From Methanobacteriota archaeon (GTDB taxonomy: Archaea > Thermoplasmatota > Thermoplasmata > SG8-5 > JAGLSY01), in NCBI GenBank assembly GCA_020697715.1, contig JAEHCO010000002.1, positions 160,001 through 224,000 of the forward strand: a stretch of 64,000 nucleotides of DNA, written 5' to 3'. The notes beneath the pieces are model-generated. The model saw nothing but the letters and a program-made list of their open reading frames with translations. It ran no database searches and was not told the DNA's origin. Below are positions 26,496-34,792 of the stretch, one piece after another. Position 1 is the first letter of the stretch. Every line of letters begins with the position of its first letter. The position numbers were made by a program, and so were the translations under genes.

Positions 26496-27542
26496 CTAGC
26501 AAATTCTCGGCACAGGGTCACCTATCGGTGGTTCCACAACGCGGCGACCACCAATAATTGTAGTCATAAGAACTCCTTTTATCTCACTGCTGGCTTGCCC
26601 GATTATACTTGCATCTTTTCCCTCGGGTGTCGCCCTCAGGCATTCCAGTACCGCATCAGCTTTTTCAGGAGCAACGGCCATGACCGCTTTCCCCTCATTG
26701 CCGATCTCCAGAGGATCGATACCCAGGAGACCACAGGCGGTCTTAACGCCTGGGTTGATCGGAATAAGAGATTCATCGATCTCGATGCCAACGCCAGACT
26801 TTTCCGCGAACTCGTTCAGGGTATTGGCCAATCCGCCTCTTGTTGGGTCCTTCATTGCCACGATGCCGCCAATAGCCAGTGCCTTTTCGATCATGTGATT
26901 TAGGGAGCAAACATCGCTTACGATATCAGACTCGAAACCATAGCCATCACGGCATGAGAGAACAGCTATGCCGTGGTCGCCAACAGTGCCGGAGACAATG
27001 ATCTTATCTCCGGCCTGTACATTCGAATCCTTCAGCCAGCGGATATGCGTGTGCCTGATCTTCTTCAAAATTCTAATATTGGCATCCAGCCAGTGCGATC
27101 GAACGCCTATCCCGGAAGTCGTGACTATCAATTTATCAGCCGCGCCTCTTTCCACGACCTTGGTATCTCCGGCCATGACAGGAACGCCAGCCTTTTCACT
27201 AGCCCTGGCGATACTGTCCATCACCTTCTCAAGGACCTCGGATTCCAGGCCTTCTTCAATAACAAGACTAAGGGCCAGTGCCACGGGGCGCGCGCCCATC
27301 ACGGCGATATCATTAACGGTTCCCGCGACAGACAGGGAACCGATATCCCCGCCTGGAAAGAATAGAGGTTTGACAGTGTGGCCGTCGATGGTGAAGACAA
27401 TATCATCTATCACGCCGGAATCATCCAGTGCGGAAAGCGGAACATCCCCAACATCCCCCTTTAGTTTGGGAAGGATGAATGTCTCTAACATCTCCCGCAT
27501 CTTGTCTCCGCCAGCTCCGTGTGACATCAGTAGTTTTGACAT
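26496..27542 (-). CDS. hypE: hydrogenase maturation protein HypE
   Basis: MSHGAGG, FFPGGDIG, GTVND, DPTRGG, NEGK, C-terminal PRIC. Confidence 0.96.
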   Translation of the reverse strand: MSKLLMSHGAGGDKMREMLETFILPKLKGDVGDVPLSALDDSGVIDDIVFTIDGHTVKPLFFPGGDIGSLSVAGTVNDIAVMGARPVALALSLVIEEGLESEVLEKVMDSIARASEKAGVPVMAGDTKVVERGAADKLIVTTSGIGVRSHWLDANIRILKKIRHTHIRWLKDSNVQAGDKIIVSGTVGDHGIAVLSCRDGYGFESDIVSDVCSLNHMIEKALAIGGIVAMKDPTRGGLANTLNEFAEKSGVGIEIDESLIPINPGVKTACGLLGIDPLEIGNEGKAVMAVAPEKADAVLECLRATPEGKDASIIGQASSEIKGVLMTTIIGGRRVVEPPIGDPVPRIC

Positions 27543-27672
27543 ATTGAACAGTTAAGGGGATTGATATGATGGATATTAAGTTTGTGCGGGTAAAGTGGGA
27601 TTGCCACCGGAAGTCATTTAAGTGCGATTTTCGATTCACTTAGGCAAATGTAGCCCTGTCTGGCTATGAGAG

Positions 27673-28182
27673 GTGGAAGAGAAAATGAATGAAAAAAGCT
27701 CTACTTTCAAATTTAAAATTATTGAATCAGCAAGTATGCTTTATGCTAGCATAATTATCATTTTCATTAGCCTTGGTGGAATTTGTATGGCAATGATCAA
27801 TATGCTTTCGTTTATACTTGATGGAAATCAATATGTGAACCCAGGATACATTTCCTTTGCGTTTTTAATGACTATATTCGGGCTTATATTTGGATTAATG
27901 TTAGATCCTATTCAATATTATAAGTTAAAATTCGGCCACAACCATCTATATATTTTTTCAGATAATTTTTGGGGTCTTAGGAAGAAGAATAAAAAGATCA
28001 AATATTCTAATATTGATTATATCGAATATTCTCATATTCTCCAAGAATTGAATATTATCTCTATCACTGGGGATTGTATATCAAGCATTAGTTTTATTAA
28101 TTTAAAAAAGAGTTATAAGATAAAGATTATTAATAGAATTAAAAAAAGTGGGATAAAATTAAGAAAGGAAATATTTGATTAA
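27673..28182 (+). CDS. AT-rich hypothetical membrane protein (2 TM)
   Basis: Two hydrophobic helices and a basic C-terminal domain; composition differs from the flanks. Confidence 0.55.
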   Translation: MEEKMNEKSSTFKFKIIESASMLYASIIIIFISLGGICMAMINMLSFILDGNQYVNPGYISFAFLMTIFGLIFGLMLDPIQYYKLKFGHNHLYIFSDNFWGLRKKNKKIKYSNIDYIEYSHILQELNIISITGDCISSISFINLKKSYKIKIINRIKKSGIKLRKEIFD

Positions 28183-28288
28183 TAATCTGTAAGTAAGATC
28201 ATAGATTGGAACAGACCCACATAATTATAGAATTTACAAAGGCAACATTTAAACCCAGTATTACGATTATGGGCAGAGTAGTGATATT

Positions 28289-29383
28289 ATGGAATCCCGA
28301 ATAAAGAGAATCTACGAGATGTGCGAACATGATAAACCAGATATAGTCGTATTGGCCAATGCCACAGACCCCATGCTGGACAAGACCTTTTTCTACGCAA
28401 CAGGCCTTGGTAATTCAGGGGTCTTCGAGGGCTCATACATCTTCTGTTTCCCGGATGGAAAGGTGGAGATGATAACTTCCATTCTCGAGGAAGAGAGTGC
28501 GAAGAAAGGCAACTTCCCGGTTCACACCTTCATGACCCAGGATGAGAGAAAGGAGAAGATCGCAGGTTATCTCAAGGGCGTGGATTCAATAGGTATCAAT
28601 GCGAAGGAGCTTGTCCATTCGCAATACATGTTATTGAAGGAACTGGCACCCCATGCGGAATTCATCGACATGTCCAAGGCAGTTAGGGATGCGAGGGTGG
28701 TCAAGGATGAGGCCGAGATCGAAACAACCCGAATCGCTTGCAGGATCGCCAGCGAGGCAGCTGAGGAGATAATCCCATTCATCAAGCCAGGTATCAAGGA
28801 GAGCGATATTGCAGCCGAGCTTGTTTACCTCATGCAGAAGAAAGGAGCCAATGGTCCTTCATTCGATAGCATCGTGGCCTTCCAGGAGAATTCCGCCGAG
28901 CCCCATTACCGAGCTGGCGACCGCGTGCTCAAGGATGGCGAGTTCGTTCTGATGGACTTCGGAGCACTTTACAATAGATATGTTTCAGATATTACAAGAA
29001 CTTATTTCATGGGCCAGCCCAATGAGAAGCAGAAGAAGATCTACAATACAGTTCTGGAGTCTCAACTGGCCTCACTGGATATGATAAAGGACGGTGTCAA
29101 GGGCGCGGATGTTCACAATACCGCGGCCGAGATAATCAATGCCACCGAGTTCAAGGGACGATTCACCCATGGATTGGGACACAGCATCGGCCTGAGCGTT
29201 CACGATGGCTCAGGACTTTCCCCGGCTGTCGATATCACATTGAAGGAAGGCATGCTCTTTACGGTGGAACCGGGCATTTACATACCAGGTTTCGGTGGTG
29301 TGAGGATCGAGGATGATGTCGTTGTAAAGAAGAACGGTGTCGAGGTCTTGACAACAGCCAGTAAGGAACTTATAACCATTTAG
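28289..29383 (+). CDS. pepQ: Xaa-Pro aminopeptidase/prolidase (M24)
   Basis: PHY, DFG..YVSDITRT, HGLGHSIGL..HD, TVEPGIY, GVRIEDD. Confidence 0.93.
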   Translation: MESRIKRIYEMCEHDKPDIVVLANATDPMLDKTFFYATGLGNSGVFEGSYIFCFPDGKVEMITSILEEESAKKGNFPVHTFMTQDERKEKIAGYLKGVDSIGINAKELVHSQYMLLKELAPHAEFIDMSKAVRDARVVKDEAEIETTRIACRIASEAAEEIIPFIKPGIKESDIAAELVYLMQKKGANGPSFDSIVAFQENSAEPHYRAGDRVLKDGEFVLMDFGALYNRYVSDITRTYFMGQPNEKQKKIYNTVLESQLASLDMIKDGVKGADVHNTAAEIINATEFKGRFTHGLGHSIGLSVHDGSGLSPAVDITLKEGMLFTVEPGIYIPGFGGVRIEDDVVVKKNGVEVLTTASKELITI

Positions 29384-29456
29384 GATCATTAAATCCTGCC
29401 CCGGCCAGGAGAAACTCCGACCTCCCAATGTCAGAGATTCTCCTATATGATCGGGC

Positions 29457-29909
29457 TCATTTGTGTCTTGCATTTCTTATCGCTCTTAGCTGTGCTGGCT
29501 TTGGTCTTTTTATCGGAGTGACTCTCTCAAATATCTCCAGTATGTAACTCAGCGTGCCGAATAGAGCAAGGACAAATGCCATCCCGGTCATGAGAAGCCC
29601 GGTGATCTCCAGGGGGACAAGTCCAAATGTCCCGAGGAGGGAGATGAAATATATCACCAAGGCTCCTTTAACGAATATCAATACTGTATTCGGAATGTCA
29701 CAGTTACTGCTCCTCACTGGTTTTGACATGTTTATGAGCAAGTAGCCGACCCCGAATAACATGGATATGGATACTGTGGTTATGGCGAATATGATCAGAC
29801 CAAGATTGTTCAGTAACTGGAAATGCCACAAGCAGACCAACATGATTATCACCATATAGCCGCGTACAAGCACTTTCAATACCGGGGGAAACTTGAGCTT
29901 TTTCATCAT
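29457..29909 (-). CDS. small 4-TM membrane protein (start re-assigned to MMKKLKFPP)
   Basis: GGTGA SD just upstream of ATG 29909/29906; the longer ORF extension runs through non-coding repeats. Confidence 0.6.
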   Translation of the reverse strand: MMKKLKFPPVLKVLVRGYMVIIMLVCLWHFQLLNNLGLIIFAITTVSISMLFGVGYLLINMSKPVRSSNCDIPNTVLIFVKGALVIYFISLLGTFGLVPLEITGLLMTGMAFVLALFGTLSYILEIFERVTPIKRPKPAQLRAIRNARHK

Positions 29910-30024
29910 ATCACCATGAATAATATTGGTGTGGGCGGTATATATACGTGGTGTGGTGATGACCGGGGAATACACCATATACCCATATGGATTCAATAAC
30001 CAACAGAGGGGATGTGGTGTATTA

Positions 30025-30190
30025 ACCAATATCTCATTGATGTACATTCTGTGGTTCGTACACCATATACCCCGCTGTAGTTCGCACCAATATTTCATTG
30101 ATGTGCATTCTGTGGTTCAAACCTATATCTCATTGATGTGCATTCTGTGGTTCAAACCAATATTTCATTGATGTATATTCTGTGGTTCGC
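30025..30190. repeat. 35-bp imperfect tandem repeat, 4 copies
   Basis: ACCAATATYTCATTGATGTRYATTCTGTGGTTCRN starting at 30025, 30086, 30121 and 30156. Confidence 0.9.
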
Positions 30191-30380
30191 ACCAATACAC
30201 CATCTTATTGTGCCCTATTTTGCACATCAATATTAAATATGGTTAACTTTTATTCGTCATTTTATATATTAACGCCTGTTAAATTTAAACATGCTTTTAT
30301 ATAAAAGTATCGCATACATTTATATATGCCATCAGGCAAAGCTTTAAATATAGGATTGCCGATTCATAAACGGTGTTAAC

Positions 30381-31388
30381 ATGACAGTCAAAGTTGCCAT
30401 AAATGGCTACGGAACGATTGGTAAGCGTGTGGCCGATGCGGTCACAGCTCAGGACGACATGGAAATTGTCGGTGTGGTTAAGAGGAGGCCATCTTTTGAG
30501 GCCTTCGATGCAGTGAAGAATGGATACAAGTTCTACGCAGCTGCAGAGGAATTCATTGAGGGATTCAGGCAGGAAGGTATTGAACCAGCAGGAACTCTTG
30601 ATGATCTTCTTGATATTGCAGATATAGTGGTGGACTGCACTCCCAAGAAAGCGGGATACAAAGCTCTTTATGAAAAGAAAGGAGTTAAAGCTATCTGGCA
30701 GGGCGGAGAAAAACACGACCTCACAGGCCTATCATTCAATTCATTCTCGAACTATGAAGATGCTATTGGCGCGGACTTTGCAAGAGTTGTATCCTGTAAC
30801 ACAACAGGGTTGTGTCGAACACTCTGGCCACTGGAAAATGAATGGGGAATAGAGAATGTTCTCGGTGTCATGATCAGAAGAGGCGCAGATCCCTGGGATT
30901 CGAAGAAAGGCCCAATGAATGCGATCGAGCCAGTTCTGAAAGTACCATCCCATCACGGCCCGGATGTCATCACGGTCATGGAAGGATTGGATATACAGAC
31001 CACGGCTGTCGCGGTTCCATCTACTCTGATGCATTTGCACTCTGTCGTGGTCAAGTTAAAGAAGAATGTCCCAACACAAGATGTTCTGGATCTCTGGGAG
31101 AAAACCTCCAGGGTCATGTTCGTCGAGGGTAAATATGGAGTCAAATCCACTGCCCAGATCATGGAGATCGCCAAGGATTCCGGAAGAAAGAGATCCGATC
31201 TGTTCGAAATAGCAGTTTGGAAGGATGGAGTCCATGTCGTGGGAGACACCCTGTATTATTATCAGGCCATCCACCAGGAATCGGATGTCATTCCTGAGAA
31301 TATCGACTGCATAAGGGCGATGTGCAATATAGAAACAGATAAGTGGGCCAGCGTCGAAAAGACCAATAAGGCTCTTAACTTGGAGTGA
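30381..31388 (+). CDS. gap: archaeal type II glyceraldehyde-3-phosphate dehydrogenase
   Basis: INGYGTIGKRVADAV, VVSCNTTGL, PSHHGPDV, IHQESDVIPENID. Confidence 0.97.
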   Translation: MTVKVAINGYGTIGKRVADAVTAQDDMEIVGVVKRRPSFEAFDAVKNGYKFYAAAEEFIEGFRQEGIEPAGTLDDLLDIADIVVDCTPKKAGYKALYEKKGVKAIWQGGEKHDLTGLSFNSFSNYEDAIGADFARVVSCNTTGLCRTLWPLENEWGIENVLGVMIRRGADPWDSKKGPMNAIEPVLKVPSHHGPDVITVMEGLDIQTTAVAVPSTLMHLHSVVVKLKKNVPTQDVLDLWEKTSRVMFVEGKYGVKSTAQIMEIAKDSGRKRSDLFEIAVWKDGVHVVGDTLYYYQAIHQESDVIPENIDCIRAMCNIETDKWASVEKTNKALNLE

Positions 31389-31392
31389 TAAA

Positions 31393-31734
31393 ATGAAAAC
31401 TCCTTGCGAATTCTCAATGTGGTATGTGGTTCCTTATATCAGAAGCCGTGTGGCACAATCGATGGTAACCGATCTTGGCATGAAACAAGCTCATGCGGCC
31501 AGGAAGCTGGGCGTCACGGATGCCGCAGTCTCACAGTATCTGTCTGGAAAAAGAGCGAAGACAGAGATGGATGAACAGTGGCTTCTGGATGAGATCAAAG
31601 TAACTGCCAAGGCGATCTCCATGGCGGAGACCGAGACTGATGTCGGTAAAGAGATATGCAGGGTGTGCAAACTTGTTCAAAACTCCAATTTCATGGAAAA
31701 GTTGAACTCCGGAGCTTGCGGTCGCTGTCCTTGA
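31393..31734 (+). CDS. archaeal HTH transcription regulator with Cys motifs
   Basis: PCE..VPYIR..QAHAARKLGVTDAAVSQYLSGKRA..CRVC. Confidence 0.85.
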   Translation: MKTPCEFSMWYVVPYIRSRVAQSMVTDLGMKQAHAARKLGVTDAAVSQYLSGKRAKTEMDEQWLLDEIKVTAKAISMAETETDVGKEICRVCKLVQNSNFMEKLNSGACGRCP

Positions 31735-31762
31735 TCTTCTACTATATTTTCTGAAAAATGAT

Positions 31763-31798
31763 CGAGAACTTGAAGCTGGTTATGGCTTCGAGTTCTCG
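31763..31798. promoter_or_regulatory. 14-bp inverted repeat upstream of the sulfur-relay operon
   Basis: CGAGAACTTGAAGC-N8-GCTTCGAGTTCTCG (1 mismatch), just before a TTTATA box. Confidence 0.4.
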
Positions 31799-31846
31799 GT
31801 TATAGCTTTATATCAGTTATACATGGGCCGGTTTGGAGTTGCTTAG

Positions 31847-32062
31847 ATGAACAAGGCAGAGCTAGATATATCCGTGATCATCGGAGACGATAAAAGAGCC
31901 ATTAAAATTCCAACTGGCTCCCTGGTCGAGGATGTCATAAAAGTATGCGGCCTCAATGTGTCTGCTCAGATCGTTCTAAGGAATAAAATTCCAATTCCAA
32001 CAGATGAGCCAGTGCTGGAAAATGATGAGCTCAGGATCATCGAGACATTCTCAGGGGGCTGA
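31847..32062 (+). CDS. ThiS/MoaD-family ubiquitin-like sulfur carrier (SAMP)
   Basis: 71 aa, beta-grasp pattern, C-terminal SGG. Confidence 0.9.
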   Translation: MNKAELDISVIIGDDKRAIKIPTGSLVEDVIKVCGLNVSAQIVLRNKIPIPTDEPVLENDELRIIETFSGG

Positions 32063-32064
32063 AC

Positions 32065-32721
32065 ATGAGCGATGAACTATCTGGAATGAAAGGCATAATG
32101 CTTCTATCCGGGGGGATCGATTCCCCCGTAGCGGCGATGATGATGCTGGATAGAGGCCTTGATCTCATATTATTACATCTGGACAATCGTCCTTTCACGG
32201 ATGATCGGGAGTTCGATAAAGTTAAAAGATTAGCAGCCAGACTTTCCGAGCTGGCTGGTCGTGAACTTCCTTTCTATGTCGCCAAGCATGGTCTGCTTGC
32301 GCAGGCACCCACTGCAAAGGCCTGCGACAGACATTATCACTGCATCCTTTGCCGAAGGACAATGCTGAGAGTGGCGGAAAGGCTGGCCAAGCAAGAAGGA
32401 GCTACATCCATAGTCACTGGAGAATCCATGGGCCAGGTCGCGTCCCAGACCCTGAGGAATCTCGCGGTCGAGGAGAATGTTGTCAGCATACCCATACTTC
32501 GACCACTTGTGGGGCTGGACAAGACCGAGATAATAGAGAGGGGCAGGAATTTCGATACCTTTGACATATCCATATCATCTGGCCTGTGTTGTACCATCGT
32601 GCCAGAAAAACCATCCACCATGGCGAGATTGGAGAAGATAGAGGGTGAGGAAGCCAAGCTGGATGTGGATGCCATGATAGATTCCTTGATGGATAGCATG
32701 GAGCTCATGGAAATTAAGTGA
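32065..32721 (+). CDS. thiI: ThiI-family PP-loop sulfurtransferase lacking the THUMP domain
   Basis: LLSGGIDSPVA, CILCRR, TGESMGQVASQT, RPLVGLDK, CC. Confidence 0.85.
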   Translation: MSDELSGMKGIMLLSGGIDSPVAAMMMLDRGLDLILLHLDNRPFTDDREFDKVKRLAARLSELAGRELPFYVAKHGLLAQAPTAKACDRHYHCILCRRTMLRVAERLAKQEGATSIVTGESMGQVASQTLRNLAVEENVVSIPILRPLVGLDKTEIIERGRNFDTFDISISSGLCCTIVPEKPSTMARLEKIEGEEAKLDVDAMIDSLMDSMELMEIK

Positions 32722-32781
32722 GTTCGCTCTAAGAACTCAAGTAATTCAATAAACTTTTTAAGCCTCGAACCCATGTTCTGA

Positions 32782-33567
32782 GTGATGATCATCAGGGACA
32801 AGGAAAAGGATCGATACAGTCGCCAGACATTGTATCACAGGGTCGGATGTGATGGCCAGGAAATGCTCCTGAGTTCCAAAGTCATTGTCATAGGTGTCGG
32901 AGCATTGGGTGGCAATATCGCGAACCTTCTTGCCAGATCTGGTGTGGGGAATATATTGCTCGTGGACAGGGACAAAGTGGAACTGAACAATCTTCAGCGC
33001 CAGCTTATCTTTGACGAGGCCGATGTTGGCAAACCAAAGGCCGAGGTCGTGGCCAGGGAATTGAAAATGGCCAATACCTCGATCAAGATAGAGGGAAGAG
33101 TTCTGGAAGTTGATGCATCCAATATCCATGATATCATCAAAGGAGTTGACATTGTCCTTGACGGTACGGACAATGTTAAAACTCGATTTCTTATCAATGA
33201 TGCTTGCGTCCAGCTTGGTATCCCGTGGGTGTATGGTGGGGTGGTGAAGGCAGAGGGCATGACCATGACGATAATTCCAAAAACTACGCCATGTTTAAGA
33301 TGCATACTGCCCAAAATACCAGAACCTGGATCGACCCAGACATGCAATGAAGTGGGTATTCTTAACGGAATTGCCGCAGTTGTGGCCTCGCTTCAAGCAA
33401 CAGAAGCCTTGAAGCTTTTGATGGGGAAAGAACCATCAAAAGGACTGGCTCTGATAAATATATGGGACAGGAAGATGGAGGTAGTGGATATCGACAGGAA
33501 TACGAGTTGCCAGGCCTGCGGTGACAATGTATCTGGTCAGACTGGCTCTGATTGTGGAGGGAAATAA
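32782..33567 (+). CDS. ubaA: E1-like ThiF/MoeB/UbaA adenylyltransferase
   Basis: RYSRQ, GVGALG, NNLQRQ, DGTDN, PCLRC, TCNEVGI, CQAC. Confidence 0.9.
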   Translation: MMIIRDKEKDRYSRQTLYHRVGCDGQEMLLSSKVIVIGVGALGGNIANLLARSGVGNILLVDRDKVELNNLQRQLIFDEADVGKPKAEVVARELKMANTSIKIEGRVLEVDASNIHDIIKGVDIVLDGTDNVKTRFLINDACVQLGIPWVYGGVVKAEGMTMTIIPKTTPCLRCILPKIPEPGSTQTCNEVGILNGIAAVVASLQATEALKLLMGKEPSKGLALINIWDRKMEVVDIDRNTSCQACGDNVSGQTGSDCGGK

Positions 33568-33845
33568 TGGAGTTCATGATGGTCAAGACCTGCGAGGCAG
33601 ATGCTTATGATGCAATTCCTAAAAACCTGGCCAGGGTGAATATAAAAAAGGCGATCGAGGAATTGACGAGCGCCGGATATGAACTGATAGTGGATGCTGG
33701 GGTCATGTGCGTGATCATGAAGGACGGGCTGGAGTATCAATTATTTTCCAGTGGTAGGATCCTCATGAAAACACCTGATCTGGAAATAGCAGAAGCTGGA
33801 GCCAGCGGCCTCTTTGCCAATATGGAAAAAGCAGTGGTCGGCTAA
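33567..33845 (+). CDS. small protein resembling the C-terminal domain of long MoeB/ThiF proteins
   Basis: ATG overlaps the UbaA stop (TAATG); C..DAYDAIP..QLFSSGRILMK. Confidence 0.6.
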   Translation: MEFMMVKTCEADAYDAIPKNLARVNIKKAIEELTSAGYELIVDAGVMCVIMKDGLEYQLFSSGRILMKTPDLEIAEAGASGLFANMEKAVVG

Positions 33846-34762
33846 TTCATCCCATCCAATTGCCCGACCAGATCACAAGCTTTACATAATTTTCCCATGC
33901 TCGGTTCTCCGCATTTCTCACAGTCGATCAAGTTAGCTGGCTTGAAAGTGTTCTTGAGCGGAACTTTCAATTTCTCATAGCTGGAAAGAATAGAATGTCG
34001 CGTGCCAGGTGTCACATCCTCCAGGTCCGCCATCAGCTTCACGAACTCGCCACGATGTGCGCGGTAAGCGTATGGACATTCATCGCCCAAGATGTCCATT
34101 TCCTCGATGATCGCGTACAGGGCGCATTCCTCTTCGGGTATCATGCGCAATGGGAGTATTCGGGGTATTAAGCCGGGTTGTGGTCGATCATGCGGCCCAA
34201 GTCTTGCTAGTCTTTCCACATCCCCCCGGCAGATGTTCATCAGAATACTGCCTGCCGTGTCATTAAGATTATGTCCAAAGGCTATCCTTGTTGCTTCGAT
34301 AGCCTTGCTGGCCTTGTTCAGAGCTTGGCGACGGAATACTCCGCAATAAGTGCAAGGGACGGTATCTGGATCCCTGGCAACAGCCTCATCCAGAGTGTAT
34401 CCGAAGAGATCTTTAAAACTGATTATTTCAAGAGGAATGCCCAAAGACTGGCATTCCTTTTTCGTGGCTTCCAATCCCTTCTCACGGTAGCCGACAATTC
34501 CCTCATCCACGATAATGGCGTGGATGAGAATCCCGCTTCTTGGATGGAACATATCGCGAAGCAGGCGAAGCATCACCATGCTGTCCTTACCACCAGATAC
34601 CGCGACGGCCAGCTTGTCGCCAGCCTTCATCTTGCCGCCTGATTTCACCTCTTTGGCCATTCGCTTGACAAAGAATTCCTTGAAGTGAGTGTCGCAAAGA
34701 TGCTGGCTGCTATATCTGACGAATATGACCGATGGCTTTCCGCATCTGGAACAGGGTATCAT
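33842..34762 (-). CDS. ncsA: tRNA 2-thiolation protein NcsA/TtuA
   Basis: CSRC..LCDTHF, VSGGKDS, PCTYCGVFRR, GHNLND, ECPY, CEKCGE..CKAC. Confidence 0.92.
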   Translation of the reverse strand: MIPCSRCGKPSVIFVRYSSQHLCDTHFKEFFVKRMAKEVKSGGKMKAGDKLAVAVSGGKDSMVMLRLLRDMFHPRSGILIHAIIVDEGIVGYREKGLEATKKECQSLGIPLEIISFKDLFGYTLDEAVARDPDTVPCTYCGVFRRQALNKASKAIEATRIAFGHNLNDTAGSILMNICRGDVERLARLGPHDRPQPGLIPRILPLRMIPEEECALYAIIEEMDILGDECPYAYRAHRGEFVKLMADLEDVTPGTRHSILSSYEKLKVPLKNTFKPANLIDCEKCGEPSMGKLCKACDLVGQLDGMN

Positions 34763-34792
34763 CGGACTTGGATTATGATGTGAGGTTTAAAT

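Noticed and set aside
29910-30098. N-terminal extension of ORF 29457..30098
   Set aside because: Runs through non-coding repeats; a better SD-linked start exists at 29909/29906
30025-30190. Possible CRISPR array
   Set aside because: Repeats are directly contiguous without unique spacers, and no cas genes are in the window
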